In this document: positions 9,551 to 19,587 of the stretch, in pieces
Numbering within the stretch: the first letter of the stretch is position 1
Layout of the letters: every line of letters begins with the position of its first letter
From: Candidatus Sericytochromatia bacterium
Lineage (GTDB): Bacteria > Cyanobacteriota > Sericytochromatia > S15B-MN24 > JAQBPE01
DNA length: 64,000 nt
Reading direction: 5' to 3'
Assembly: GCA_035285125.1 (NCBI GenBank)
Contig: JAYKHR010000165.1
Coordinates: 1-64,000, forward strand
Translations under genes and position numbers: made by a program
Notes under the pieces: model-generated
Seen by the model: the letters and a program-made list of their open reading frames with translations, nothing else
Database searches by the model: none
What the model was told of the DNA's origin: nothing

Positions 9551-10336
9551 ATGTCCAACGTCATCGGGTATATCTGGCTAGCCCCGGAGCAGGGCGACGA
9601 CCTGCGCGCCGTGCAGGCCGATACCGAGGCGATGCAGGCCTACTGCCGAGCCAACAACTTGAGCCTGCAGGATGTCCACCTGGACAAGGGCTCCCTCGGA
9701 CCTGCCCTCGAGCGCCCCGTCCTGGCCGAGCTCTTGCAGCGCGACGGGGTGACGCTGGTGGTGCCGTCGCTGTCCGCCCTGGGGCGCCGCTTCCACGACG
9801 TCGCCACGGTGCTGTCCGAGATCAACTTCCGTGGGTCCCAGCTGGTCGCCGTGTCCGAGGACATCGACACCGCGCGACCGGAAGGCCAGCAGCTGCTGAA
9901 GGTGTTCCTCTCGATCCCGCAGGTGGCTCGCTTCATGCGCGCCGCGCCGGCTGAGCCGCAGAAGGTCTTCGTGCGCAGCCGGGAGGTGCTCCACAACGGC
10001 GGCACCTGCCCCTATGGCTACACGCTGGACGAGGCCTCCAACCAGTTCCGTGTGCTGCAGCTCGAGGCCAACGTCGTGCGCCGCATCTTCCGGGAACGCA
10101 TCGCGGGGCGCAGCCTGCGCCAGATCGCGAACGACCTCACGCGCGACGGCATTGCCACCAAGCGGGGCGGCCGCTGGCAGGCCAACACCGTCAAGACCAT
10201 CCTGGAGAACATCTTCTACACGGGCGCCTACCAGTGCCAGAACCGCATCTACGAGAATGACCACGAGGCCATCATCGGGGAAGAGGTCTTCCGGCAGGTC
10301 AACTCCGGCGCAGAGGTGGTTCAGGTCATCGCCTGA
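9551..10336 (+). CDS. Serine-recombinase-family protein (resolvase-like domain plus Recombinase DNA-binding domain) with catalytic residues lost
   Basis: Resolvase-fold pattern (GY, DKG, ERP, LGR, IDT) followed by PYGY, SLRQIANDL, GIATKRGGRW, ILENIFYTG, HEAII; YxRxS reads YIWLA. ATG 9551 after AAGGAG. Confidence 0.85.
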   Translation: MSNVIGYIWLAPEQGDDLRAVQADTEAMQAYCRANNLSLQDVHLDKGSLGPALERPVLAELLQRDGVTLVVPSLSALGRRFHDVATVLSEINFRGSQLVAVSEDIDTARPEGQQLLKVFLSIPQVARFMRAAPAEPQKVFVRSREVLHNGGTCPYGYTLDEASNQFRVLQLEANVVRRIFRERIAGRSLRQIANDLTRDGIATKRGGRWQANTVKTILENIFYTGAYQCQNRIYENDHEAIIGEEVFRQVNSGAEVVQVIA

Positions 10337-10382
10337 CGCCCCGCTCTCAGCGACCCCCCGCTAGCGCGGGGCGTCTTTTTTT
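10335..10382 (+). terminator. Intrinsic terminator
   Basis: GACGCCCCGC...GCGGGGCGTC stem followed by T7. Confidence 0.8.
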
Positions 10383-10433
10383 GGGCCTGGCTGCTCCCCA
10401 CCCCGGGGGGCGGCCTGTGCCCGTGTTTGGGGG

Positions 10434-10462
10434 TTGACTGTTTCAATTTCTGAGAGTATTCT
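10434..10462 (+). promoter_or_regulatory. Sigma70 promoter of ahpC-ahpF-katG
   Basis: TTGACT (10434) - 17 bp - TATTCT (10457). Confidence 0.75.
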
Positions 10463-10464
10463 AC

Positions 10465-10483
10465 CTTTAGAATCATTCTAAAG
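10465..10483. promoter_or_regulatory. Fur-family (PerR/Irr-type) operator
   Basis: Perfect 9-1-9 palindrome CTTTAGAAT-C-ATTCTAAAG just downstream of the -10 box of peroxide-defence genes. Confidence 0.8.
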
Positions 10484-10528
10484 CGTGCTGGCCCAGCCAG
10501 CCCACGCCACGCAAGGAGACCAGGTGCG

Positions 10529-11098
10529 ATGAACAAGACCCCAATCAACTCCGAGGTGCTCCCCTTCAAGGCCAAGGCCTTCCACAACGGCGCGTTCGTG
10601 GATGTCTCCGAGGCGACGCTCAAGGGCCAGTGGTCCGTCGTTTTCTTCTATCCTGCGGACTTCACCTTCATCTGCCCGACCGAGCTCGGCGACCTCGCCG
10701 ACAGCTACGAGGCCTTCAAGCGGGCCGGCGCGGAGATCTACGCCGTTTCGACGGACACGCACTTCACCCACAAGGCGTGGCATGACGCCTCGCCGACCAT
10801 CAAGAAGATCCAGTACCCGATGGTGGGTGACCCCACGGGCACCATCACGCGCAACTTCGGCGTGATGATCGAAGAGGCCGGGCTCGCCGAGCGCGCGACC
10901 TTCGTCCTCGATCCGGCGGGCAAGATCCAGGTCGTCGAGATCACGGCAGGTGGCATCGGCCGCGACGCCGCCGAGCTGCTGCGCAAGCTCAAGGCCGCGC
11001 AGTACGTCGCCTCGCACCCCGGCGAGGTCTGCCCCGCGAAGTGGCAGGAGGGCCAGGCGACCCTCGCCCCCTCGCTGGACCTGGTCGGCAAGATCTGA
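10529..11098 (+). CDS. ahpC: Alkyl hydroperoxide reductase C (2-Cys peroxiredoxin)
   Basis: [32 protein letters not shown]. Confidence 0.98.
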   Translation: MNKTPINSEVLPFKAKAFHNGAFVDVSEATLKGQWSVVFFYPADFTFICPTELGDLADSYEAFKRAGAEIYAVSTDTHFTHKAWHDASPTIKKIQYPMVGDPTGTITRNFGVMIEEAGLAERATFVLDPAGKIQVVEITAGGIGRDAAELLRKLKAAQYVASHPGEVCPAKWQEGQATLAPSLDLVGKI

Positions 11099-11105
11099 CC
11101 CTGAC

Positions 11106-11137
11106 CGAGGCCTCCCGCCCCCTGGCGGGAGGCCTCG
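11106..11137 (+). other. Strong intercistronic hairpin between ahpC and ahpF
   Basis: CGAGGCCTCCCGCC-CCCT-GGCGGGAGGCCTCG, 14-bp stem without U tract; may stabilise ahpC mRNA or lower ahpF expression. Confidence 0.6.
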
Positions 11138-11168
11138 CCGTTCGTGCCTCAGGCGGAGGAGGAAACCC

Positions 11169-12731
11169 GTGCTGGACGAAGCGATCAAGGCACAGCTGGT
11201 CACCTACCTGGGCATGCTCCAGGCGCCGATCGAGCTCGTGGCGTCTCTCGACGAAACCGAGACGTCGGCGTCCCTGAGGGCCCTGCTGGGCGACCTGGCC
11301 GCCGCGTCCTCGAAGGTGACCGTGCGAGAAAACGGCAACGCGACGCGGCGACCCTCGTTCGCCGTGGCCCGCCCCGGAGAGCACGCACGCATCCACTTTG
11401 CCGGGCTGCCCCTCGGCCATGAATTCACCTCGCTCGTGCTCGCCCTGCTGCACACCGGCGGCCACCCGCCCAAGCTGTCCGACGAAGTAGCCGAGCGGAT
11501 CCGCCGCCTCTCAGGCCCGCATCGCGCCGAGGTGTTCGTGTCCCTGGCCTGTCACAACTGCCCGGATGTGGTGCAGGCCTTCAACCTCATCGCCGCCCTG
11601 AACCCGGCCTTCGAAGCCACCATGATCGATGGTGGTGTCCACCGCGCTGAGGTCGAGTCGCGCGGCATCCTGGCCGTCCCGGCCGTGGTGCTCGACGGCC
11701 AGCCCTTCGGCAACGGGCGAATGAGCCTCGAGGAGATCCTCGCCAAGCTCGACACCTCGGGCCAGGACCAGCAAGCGGAGAAGCTTTCGGCCAAAGACCC
11801 GTTCGATGTCCTCGTGGTCGGCGGCGGGCCCGCGGGAGCGGCAGCGGCCATCTACGCTGCCCGCAAGGGCATCCGCACGGGCGTCGTGGCGGATCGCTTC
11901 GGCGGCCAGTTGCTCGACACCGTCGGCATCGAGAACTTCATTTCCGTGCCCTACACGGAGGGAGAGAAGCTCGCCCGCTCGCTCGAGGAGCACGTCAAGG
12001 CTTACGCCGTCGACGTGATGCCCGCTCAGCGCGCCGAGGCCCTCGTCCCAGGAGACGGCCTGCACGAGCTGCGCCTGGTCGGTGGCGGGACGCTTCGGGC
12101 CCGGACCGTCATCCTGGCCACTGGCGCACGCTGGCGCGAGCTGGGCGTGCCCGGCGAGGCCACCTACCGCACCAAGGGCGTCACGTTTTGCCCCCACTGC
12201 GACGGCCCCCTGTTCCAGGGCAAGCGTGTGGCGGTGGTGGGCGGCGGCAACTCCGGCGTGGAAGCTGCCATCGACCTCGCAGGCATCGTGACGCACGTGA
12301 CACTGCTCGAGTTCGGCAGCCAGCTGCGGGCCGATGCGGTGCTGCAGCAGAAGCTGCACAGCCTGCCGAACGTGGCGGTGCTGCTGAACGCCCAGACCAC
12401 CGAGGTCGTCGGAGACGGGAGCGCTGTCACGGGGCTGGTCTACACCGACAGGTCCAGTGGCGCCAGCCACCAGTTGGCCCTGGAGGGTGTCTTCGTGCAG
12501 ATCGGCCTGCTGCCGAACACCGCCTGGCTCAAGGACACGTTACAGCTCTCCCGCTACGGGGAGATCGAGGTGGATGCGCGCGGCCAAACCTCCCTGTCAG
12601 GGGTCTTTGCCGCCGGTGACTGCACCACCGTGCCCTTCAAGCAAATCATCATCGCGATGGGGGAAGGCACCAAGGCCAGCCTGGCCGCCTTCGACCACCT
12701 CATCCGCAGCTCGATGCCGGCGGCGTCCTGA
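11169..12731 (+). CDS. ahpF: Alkyl hydroperoxide reductase F
   Basis: [61 protein letters not shown] 11169 after GGAGGA. Confidence 0.97.
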   Translation: MLDEAIKAQLVTYLGMLQAPIELVASLDETETSASLRALLGDLAAASSKVTVRENGNATRRPSFAVARPGEHARIHFAGLPLGHEFTSLVLALLHTGGHPPKLSDEVAERIRRLSGPHRAEVFVSLACHNCPDVVQAFNLIAALNPAFEATMIDGGVHRAEVESRGILAVPAVVLDGQPFGNGRMSLEEILAKLDTSGQDQQAEKLSAKDPFDVLVVGGGPAGAAAAIYAARKGIRTGVVADRFGGQLLDTVGIENFISVPYTEGEKLARSLEEHVKAYAVDVMPAQRAEALVPGDGLHELRLVGGGTLRARTVILATGARWRELGVPGEATYRTKGVTFCPHCDGPLFQGKRVAVVGGGNSGVEAAIDLAGIVTHVTLLEFGSQLRADAVLQQKLHSLPNVAVLLNAQTTEVVGDGSAVTGLVYTDRSSGASHQLALEGVFVQIGLLPNTAWLKDTLQLSRYGEIEVDARGQTSLSGVFAAGDCTTVPFKQIIIAMGEGTKASLAAFDHLIRSSMPAAS

Positions 12732-12785
12732 CGCCGTCCGGCCTCCCCCCCCCACACCGTCTCGAAGATGAGGAGGTACCACCCG

Positions 12786-14993
12786 ATGGTCAGAAGCACC
12801 CTCGTGGCAGCCGCCATCCTGGCGGGCTCCCTGAGCCCACTGGCGCTCCCGAGCCCGGCGCTCGCCGCCACCACGTCGATTCAGGACTGGTGGCCCCAGC
12901 GGCTCAACCTGCAGCCCTTGAGGCAGCACGCCAAGGAGTCGGACCCGATGGGGCCTGGCTTCGATTACGCCCGGGAGTTCCAGACCCTGGACCTCAAGGC
13001 GGTGAAGGCCGACATCAAGGCCGTGATGACGCGGTCGCAGGACTGGTGGCCCTCGGATTACGGCCACTACGGCCCCTTCTTCATCCGGATGGCCTGGCAC
13101 GCGGCGGGCACCTACCGCACGCTGGACGGCCGCGGCGGCGCGGACGGCGGCCAGCTCCGCTTCGAACCCCTCAACAGCTGGCCCGACAACACCAACCTCG
13201 ACAAGGCCCGACGGCTGCTGTGGCCCATCAAGCAGAAGTACGGCCGCAAGCTGTCCTGGGCAGACCTGATGGTGCTGACCGGCAACGTAGCGCTCGAGTC
13301 GATGGGCTTCAAGACCTTCGGCTTCGCCGGCGGCCGCCCCGATCAGTGGGAGCCCGACCTCGTCTACTGGGGACCCGAGAACGAGTTCCTGCAAGACAAG
13401 CGCCACTCGGGCCAGCGTCAGCTGCAGAAGCCCCTCGGGGCAGTCCAGATGGGGCTGATCTACGTCAACCCCGAGGGCCCCAACGGGAACCCTGACCCGC
13501 TCGCAGCGGCCAAGGACATCCGTGAGACCTTCGGTCGGATGGCCATGAACGACGAGGAGACGCTGGCCCTGATCGCTGGCGGCCACACCTTCGGCAAGGC
13601 GCACGGCGCGCACTCCCCGGCGGGCAACGTGGGCCCTGAGCCTGCGGCGGCCCCCATCGAGGAGCAGGGCTTCGGCTGGCGCAACACGCGCGGCAAGGGG
13701 CACGGCGAGGACACCGTGACCAGCGGCCTGGAGGGCGCCTGGACCGCGTCGCCGACGCAGTGGTCGATGCAGTACCTCGACAACCTGTTCCGCTTCGAGT
13801 GGGTCAAGACCAAGAGCCCCGCGGGAGCGACGCAATGGGTGCCGGCGAACGGCGCCGCGGCCGACCTCGTGCCCGACGCCCACGTGGCGGGACGGCGGCA
13901 CGCGCCCGTGATGTTCACGACGGACCTGGCGCTGCGGGAGGACCCGGCCTACCGCGTGATCGCCCAGCGCTTCCTCAAGGACCCCAAGGCCTTCGAGCTC
14001 GCCTTCGCCAAGGCGTGGTTCAAGCTCACGCACCGCGACATGGGTCCCCGGGCGCGGTACCTGGGCGCCGAGGTGCCCAAGGAGGTGCTGATCTGGCAGG
14101 ACCCCGTGCCCGCCGTGACGCACAAGCTGGTCGATGCCCGCGACGTGGCGCACCTCAAGGCGGAGATCCTCAAGTCCGGGCTCTCCACCCGCGAACTGGT
14201 CAAGGCGGCCTGGGCTGCGGCCTCGAGCTACCGGGACACGGACATGCGCGGCGGCGCCAACGGCGGCAGGCTTCGGCTCGATCCCCAGCGCGGCTGGGAA
14301 GTGAACGACCCGGCCGAGCTCAGCCGCGTGCTCGCCAAGCTCGAGGCCATTCGCGCGGCCTTCAACCGCACGGCCAAGGGCGGCAAGCGGATCTCGACGG
14401 CCGACATCGTCGTCCTCGGCGGGGCTGCCGCCATCGAGGCTGCCGCGAAGAAGGGCGGCTACAAGGTCTCGGTGCCCTTCAAGCCGGGTCGCGCGGACGC
14501 CACGCAGGCGCAGACAGACGTGAGGTCCTTCGAGTTCCTCAAGCCCAGCGCCGACGGCTTCCGCAACTACTACACCAAGGACGCCGCGCTGTCGCCGGCC
14601 GAGAAGCTGGTCGACAAGGCCGACACGCTCTCGCTGACGGTGCCGGAGATGACGGTGCTGGTCGGGGGCCTGCGGGCACTCGACGCGAACACGGGCCACG
14701 TGCCGCACGGGGTGCTGACCACCAAGCCCGGCACGCTCTCCAACGACTTCTTCGTCAACCTGCTCGACATGGGCACGAAGTGGACGAAGTCCGCCACCGA
14801 GGGCCTGTACGAGGGGCGCGACCGGAAGTCGGGCAAGCTCCGCTGGACGGCCACGCCCGTGGACCTCATCTTCGGCTCCAACTCGGAGCTGCGGGCAGTC
14901 GCCGAGGTCTATGGCGCGAACGACGGGCGCGAGAAGTTCGTGCGCGACTTCGTGGCCGCCTGGGCAAAGGTGATGGAGCTCGACCGGAACTGA
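12786..14993 (+). CDS. katG: Catalase-peroxidase with Sec-type signal peptide
   Basis: [52 protein letters not shown]-terminal [14 protein letters not shown]...PALA; ATG 12786 after AGGAGG. Confidence 0.97.
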   Translation: MVRSTLVAAAILAGSLSPLALPSPALAATTSIQDWWPQRLNLQPLRQHAKESDPMGPGFDYAREFQTLDLKAVKADIKAVMTRSQDWWPSDYGHYGPFFIRMAWHAAGTYRTLDGRGGADGGQLRFEPLNSWPDNTNLDKARRLLWPIKQKYGRKLSWADLMVLTGNVALESMGFKTFGFAGGRPDQWEPDLVYWGPENEFLQDKRHSGQRQLQKPLGAVQMGLIYVNPEGPNGNPDPLAAAKDIRETFGRMAMNDEETLALIAGGHTFGKAHGAHSPAGNVGPEPAAAPIEEQGFGWRNTRGKGHGEDTVTSGLEGAWTASPTQWSMQYLDNLFRFEWVKTKSPAGATQWVPANGAAADLVPDAHVAGRRHAPVMFTTDLALREDPAYRVIAQRFLKDPKAFELAFAKAWFKLTHRDMGPRARYLGAEVPKEVLIWQDPVPAVTHKLVDARDVAHLKAEILKSGLSTRELVKAAWAAASSYRDTDMRGGANGGRLRLDPQRGWEVNDPAELSRVLAKLEAIRAAFNRTAKGGKRISTADIVVLGGAAAIEAAAKKGGYKVSVPFKPGRADATQAQTDVRSFEFLKPSADGFRNYYTKDAALSPAEKLVDKADTLSLTVPEMTVLVGGLRALDANTGHVPHGVLTTKPGTLSNDFFVNLLDMGTKWTKSATEGLYEGRDRKSGKLRWTATPVDLIFGSNSELRAVAEVYGANDGREKFVRDFVAAWAKVMELDRN

Positions 14994-15046
14994 GCGGTGC
15001 ATGCCGGAGCCTCCCCCGAGGCACCGGCAACTGAGCTGACAACAGA

Positions 15047-15076
15047 GGCCCCCCGACTCTTCCGAGTCGGGGGGCC
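15047..15076. terminator. Likely bidirectional terminator hairpin
   Basis: GGCCCCCCGACTC-TTCC-GAGTCGGGGGGCC between convergent katG and carboxypeptidase genes. Confidence 0.7.
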
Positions 15077-15095
15077 CTTGATATTGAGGCTTCGC

Positions 15096-16616
15096 TCAGC
15101 GGCTGAAGGTCGCGCGCAGCGGGCCCCAGTTGCCAGCAGCATCCCGGGCGTGCACGAGCACGAGTTCCTTGCGGCCCGTCGTCGCGACGGAGGCCAGGTT
15201 CACCTGCGCGCGGCCCTGGGCCACGGCCACCTTGACGCCCGTGCCGTCCCGGCCGGCGCGGCCGACGAAGGTCTCCACCTCGACGGCGCCCTGCGAGGCC
15301 ACGGCCAGCTGGCCGCCCGCCGCAGCCACCTCGGTGACCTCGGGGCCGAAGACATGGGCCGGGTTGTCGGCCAGCTGGAGAAGCAGGCGAGCGCCCGGCT
15401 CATTCTGCTTCCAGAAAGTCGGAACCTTGCTGAAGGACGGGTCGAAGCCGTCCGCCCAGGAGCCGATCTCCGTGGTGTAAGCCAGGATGCCGTGCTCGCC
15501 GAACGCCCAGTCGGTAGTGTCGCCGGAGGTCGGGTACAGCTTCACGCTCTGCTGCGGCTTGTAGCCCGAGAGCTTGCCCAGCTTCTGGCCGATGGGCGCC
15601 AGGCGCTTGTCCGGCGGCGGTTGGTCGGTGTGGCCCCAGGGCCAGAGAATCAGGTTGCTGAAGCTGTGGTACGTCATCAGGAACGTCCACTTGCGGCTCT
15701 CGATGAGGCGCTTGATGGCCTGGGTCTCGGGCTCGGAGAAGGGACCCGCGCCCCGGAAGGTGGGGTTGGAAGGGTTGGTCGCAGCACCAGGGCCGCCCCA
15801 CTTGAAGCCGTAGTTGCGGTTGAGGTCGACGCCAGGGCCAGAAGCCCCGCTCACCGCCCCGCCGCCGTTGGTGGGGTTGGTGTTCTTGCGCCAGTCCTTG
15901 CCCTCGGAGGCCAGCCGGTGGCCGTCGGGGTTGACCATCGGCACGAGCCAGATGTCCCGGTTCTCGACGTAGTTCGTGAGGTCCGCATCCGTGCCGTAGC
16001 CGGCGGCGAGCATGTCGGCGATGCGCATGACGATCTCGGGCGTCACGATCTCGCGGGCGTGGTGGTTGCCGCAGAGCATCACGGCCGGCTTCTGCGAGAC
16101 GTCACCCTTGCCGATGTGCAGGGCAAGCACGTCGCGGTCACCCTTGCCGTTGGTCTTTTCCCAGCCGTCGCCGATGTCCACGAACTTGATGAAATCGGGG
16201 TGCCGGGCGGCGAGGGCCTGCATGTCGGCCTTGATCTGGTCGTACGTGCGGTAGCCCTTGTCGAAGTCGTTGTAGGCGCCGGCACCGGGGCTTTGGACGA
16301 GCCGGACGTTCGCACCGGCGCGCTGCAACTCGGGCAGGGCCTCGGCCGTGACGGCCCCGAAGGCGCGCCCTGCCTCCTGATCCACGTACCAGACTTCCAA
16401 CCCGGCCGCGACGAAGCGGGACAGGGCCTGCCGCGAGGGGTAGGTGACGGAGACCGTGGCAGGCTTGCCACCCTTGAAGGCGGCGGCGGTCACGGGGCCG
16501 AGGTCGCGGGGCCCCTGGGCGGAGGGCATCGGCGCACGGGCGCAGCCTGCAGCCACGGAGCCCACCAGGGCCGCGACGAACAGGGCGCGCAGAGAGTTGG
16601 TGCGTGGACGGTTCAA
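15096..16616 (-). CDS. M14 zinc carboxypeptidase (carboxypeptidase T-like), lipoprotein
   Basis: HHARE, NPDG, WRKN, GVDLNRN, FSEPET, YHSFS, LYPTSG, TTEIG; lipobox VAAGC; TTG start. Confidence 0.92.
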   Translation of the reverse strand: MNRPRTNSLRALFVAALVGSVAAGCARAPMPSAQGPRDLGPVTAAAFKGGKPATVSVTYPSRQALSRFVAAGLEVWYVDQEAGRAFGAVTAEALPELQRAGANVRLVQSPGAGAYNDFDKGYRTYDQIKADMQALAARHPDFIKFVDIGDGWEKTNGKGDRDVLALHIGKGDVSQKPAVMLCGNHHAREIVTPEIVMRIADMLAAGYGTDADLTNYVENRDIWLVPMVNPDGHRLASEGKDWRKNTNPTNGGGAVSGASGPGVDLNRNYGFKWGGPGAATNPSNPTFRGAGPFSEPETQAIKRLIESRKWTFLMTYHSFSNLILWPWGHTDQPPPDKRLAPIGQKLGKLSGYKPQQSVKLYPTSGDTTDWAFGEHGILAYTTEIGSWADGFDPSFSKVPTFWKQNEPGARLLLQLADNPAHVFGPEVTEVAAAGGQLAVASQGAVEVETFVGRAGRDGTGVKVAVAQGRAQVNLASVATTGRKELVLVHARDAAGNWGPLRATFSR

Positions 16617-16995
16617 GGCGGGAACTCCTGGTAAGCCGGGGAAGCGGCGGTAGGGTGTGACGGCGGTGTCAAAAAACTGAGAGCCTAAACCTATGCTTGA
16701 TTCTGACTTAATTAAATCTTAATGTCAACCACCACGTGTGCTGGCGATCACGGGCGCACGTGCCCCGGGGTCACAGCCTGGGGCGGCTGACGTGTGCGAT
16801 GCTGGCAGCGTCCGGCCGTCGGCTGAGCCGGCCCGACGCCGGGGCGGCGCCGCCTGCCGCCCGCGGGGCGACAGCGGGATGTGGGTTCCGTCTCAGCCAA
16901 GGGGCCGGGGAGGCTTCAGCCCGCGGCTCCCCGTGGTGAGGGGCCGTGTCGGCGCAGATGAGGGGGCCGCGAGGCCAGCGTGGAAAGGGGCGCGT

Positions 16996-18816
16996 TTGAG
17001 GTCAGATCGGAACCGCTCAAAGCCCTTCCGCTGGTGGCTGCTCGCGGTGGCTGCCCTGACGGCCTGCGCGCCACCTGTCCAGCCGCTCCCCCCCCCAGAG
17101 CAAGCCAGTGGCTCGGCCATTGACACCCGCACCTCGATCCAGGGTGCGGGCGTGGTGCTGCCCAACAAGGGGCGCATCCGGGGCGTCCTGCTCGCCCCCG
17201 TGCCCGGGGTGATCCGGCGCGAGTTGGCCCCGGCTCAGCAGGATGCAACCGCGTTGCCGCTGGCGCTGCGCGGGGCGTGGCAGCCCGGTATGATCGAGCC
17301 TGGCACGGGCACCGTGGCGGGCGCCACGGTCGAGGCCCTCGACATCACGGGCCAGCCCGTCGCCGAGGCCGTGAAGACGGATGGCGAGGGGGGCTTCGCC
17401 ATCGGCGACCTGAAGCCCTCCGGCCCCCTGCTGGTGCTGCGCACCAGACTGCAGCGCGAGGGCTGCCAGGTGACGCTGCTGAACCTCGTGCCGGCCCCCC
17501 GGCCCGTGGGGTTCGTGTCCGTGACAGTCTCGCCGGCGACGACCCTGGTGGCGCGCAAGGCGCAGCGCGCCATCCGGGAGCGCCTGCTCAGCCCCCTGCT
17601 GCTTCAGACCGCCCTGACGGATCGCTTCGCTGCCACGTTCGCGGGCGTGCTCTCCGACCGCAGCCTCACGGGGGCTGCCTGCCTGGCCGAGGAGCGGGTC
17701 GCGGAGCTTTTCGATGCGGCCTTCGCGGCGCTGCCCGGCGACGTCCAGGCCTCGCTGCGCCTGGCCGCCACGCAGCTGGATGCGGCAGCCCTGCTGGCGC
17801 CCACCCGGCGCGCCAGTGGTGGCGCCTTCCCCAGCCCCGCGCCAAGCGAGCCGCCCGAGCCCTTCGTCCCCGAGCCTCAGGCCTCGGGGGGCCTCCCCGT
17901 GACGCCCCCTGCCGGGGATCCGCCGGCCTCGGGGACCATCCCCACACCCCCACCCGCCTCGGCGTCCGGGCCCCGCGGCACCCTGTCGAGCCTCGGCACC
18001 GCGTTGAGCGCAGCCCGGCTGGAGCTGGATCCCGACGGCGACGAGCTCTATGCGCCCTGGAGCGAGGGGGCCGAGGGGGGCCGCCTGTTCTCCCTCGACG
18101 AGCCTCTCGCCCTGTGGGACCTGGAGCGCACCATCACGGCCGTGGCGTTCGAGGGACAGGTCCGCTACGAGCTGAGCGGCGACGTGCTGGTGTGGGACGA
18201 CTTCGCGGTCCCCATCTCGGGCATGGGGGCCATCACCTACGCAGACCTGGCCGTCCACGACGGCTGGGCCTACCTGCTCGGCGTCGAGCCCCACAACATC
18301 GTCCAGATGCGCCTGGCGACGGGCGAGACGAGCGTCCTCGCCGGTCCCTCGGAGGCCGGCAGCGGCGGCTACCGCGACGGCCCGGGCGAGGAAGCCCTGT
18401 TCCGCGCCCCCACGGGGATCGTCGCCGCCCCAGAGGGGCTGTACGTCGCGGATGCCGGCAACCACTGCGTCCGGCGCGTGACCTACGACGGCGTCGTATC
18501 GACCTTCGCCGGCGGCGAACCGGGGCACGCGGACGGGCTCGGAGGGCTCGCGCGGTTCCGCAGACCTACCGACCTCACGCGCGACGCCCAGGGGCACTTG
18601 TACGTGGCCGACAGCGAGGCCCACTGCCTCCGCCGGATCACCCAGGCCGGCCTGGTGCGCACCCTCACGGGCACCACCCGGGGGGAGGTGGACGGCGAAA
18701 ACGGGGCGGGGCAACTGGACGCGCCAGTCGCCATCACGTGGGGCCGCCTGGCCGGTGAACAGGTGCTCGTGATCGGGCAGGCCAACAACAAGCTGCGGCT
18801 GTTGCGAGGCTGGTGA
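16996..18816 (+). CDS. Lipoprotein with Pro-rich linker and C-terminal NHL repeats
   Basis: Lipobox LTAC after a probable TTG start at 16996; NHL signatures LYVADAGNHCVRR, LYVADSEAHCLRRI, FRAPTGI. Confidence 0.75.
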   Translation: MRSDRNRSKPFRWWLLAVAALTACAPPVQPLPPPEQASGSAIDTRTSIQGAGVVLPNKGRIRGVLLAPVPGVIRRELAPAQQDATALPLALRGAWQPGMIEPGTGTVAGATVEALDITGQPVAEAVKTDGEGGFAIGDLKPSGPLLVLRTRLQREGCQVTLLNLVPAPRPVGFVSVTVSPATTLVARKAQRAIRERLLSPLLLQTALTDRFAATFAGVLSDRSLTGAACLAEERVAELFDAAFAALPGDVQASLRLAATQLDAAALLAPTRRASGGAFPSPAPSEPPEPFVPEPQASGGLPVTPPAGDPPASGTIPTPPPASASGPRGTLSSLGTALSAARLELDPDGDELYAPWSEGAEGGRLFSLDEPLALWDLERTITAVAFEGQVRYELSGDVLVWDDFAVPISGMGAITYADLAVHDGWAYLLGVEPHNIVQMRLATGETSVLAGPSEAGSGGYRDGPGEEALFRAPTGIVAAPEGLYVADAGNHCVRRVTYDGVVSTFAGGEPGHADGLGGLARFRRPTDLTRDAQGHLYVADSEAHCLRRITQAGLVRTLTGTTRGEVDGENGAGQLDAPVAITWGRLAGEQVLVIGQANNKLRLLRGW

Positions 18817-19562
18817 TGCGCCCCGAAGAACCCCGCTGGCGCCCCAACGTATCAGGCCCTGCCCCCCGCCCGGCGGCCCGGCCCGCCGGCGCCCCCCCGG
18901 ACCCAAAAGGCGGCCCGCCCCGCGGGCCCGACCACTTCGTGGCCCGCCGGCCGGTCGCGGGGGACGTGCCCCACTGGCTCATCGCGATGTCGGCCGACCG
19001 GGCGGCGGGCCGTCAGCACCTGCCCGAGGAGGTGCACCGCCGCGCTCGCGAGGCCGAGGCAGCCTGGATCGCGGGGTGGTTGGCGCGGCTGCCGGCCACG
19101 CTGACCGTGCCGACGGGCTCGGACGGCTCGGCGGCCAGGCTGGGCGCCTGGCAGACGTGCGTGGACGCCCTCTGCGCCGTGGCCGGCGTGCCCATTCCGC
19201 GCCCCCACGTGGTCTGGCAGCCTGCAATGGGCGTCCACCGTGGCCAGTACCTCTTCCAGGTCGACGGGCCGCTGGTGCAGCTCCGACCGACGGCCGCGGG
19301 CTCGCCGCAAGAGTGGCTCGCGACGGTGGCCCACGAGACGTACCACCACGCCCAGCACGTGCTGCTCGTGGCCCTATACCAGGGCCTGCCCGCCTGGCCG
19401 GCGCCCTTCGACATGTTGGCCGCGTACTTCCGTGACGCCAGAAACGTCTACCGTGGCGAGGGGCCCGAGTGCCCCCCGGCCGCTCACCGCCAGCAAGCCT
19501 TGGAGCTCGGCGCCTGGCGGTTCGGGCGCCTGGTCGGCGAGCGCGCAGCGCCGGGAGCCTGA
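18813..19562 (+). CDS. Hypothetical protein with HExxH zinc-binding motif
   Basis: TVAHETYHHAQ and a downstream ELGAW (possible third ligand); overlaps the NHL gene stop. Confidence 0.6.
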   Translation: MMRPEEPRWRPNVSGPAPRPAARPAGAPPDPKGGPPRGPDHFVARRPVAGDVPHWLIAMSADRAAGRQHLPEEVHRRAREAEAAWIAGWLARLPATLTVPTGSDGSAARLGAWQTCVDALCAVAGVPIPRPHVVWQPAMGVHRGQYLFQVDGPLVQLRPTAAGSPQEWLATVAHETYHHAQHVLLVALYQGLPAWPAPFDMLAAYFRDARNVYRGEGPECPPAAHRQQALELGAWRFGRLVGERAAPGA

Positions 19563-19587
19563 CGCCACGAGGGGTGTGGCCGGCCGG

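Noticed and set aside
2422..15000. Integrative element at tRNA-Gln mobilised by the serine recombinase
   Set aside because: No duplicated tRNA 3' end seen, core genes glmU-prs-pth follow the tRNA, and the recombinase lacks its nucleophile.
16655..16672. Second CRP-like site TGTGA-N6-TGTCA
   Set aside because: The right half-site is too degenerate to call by eye.
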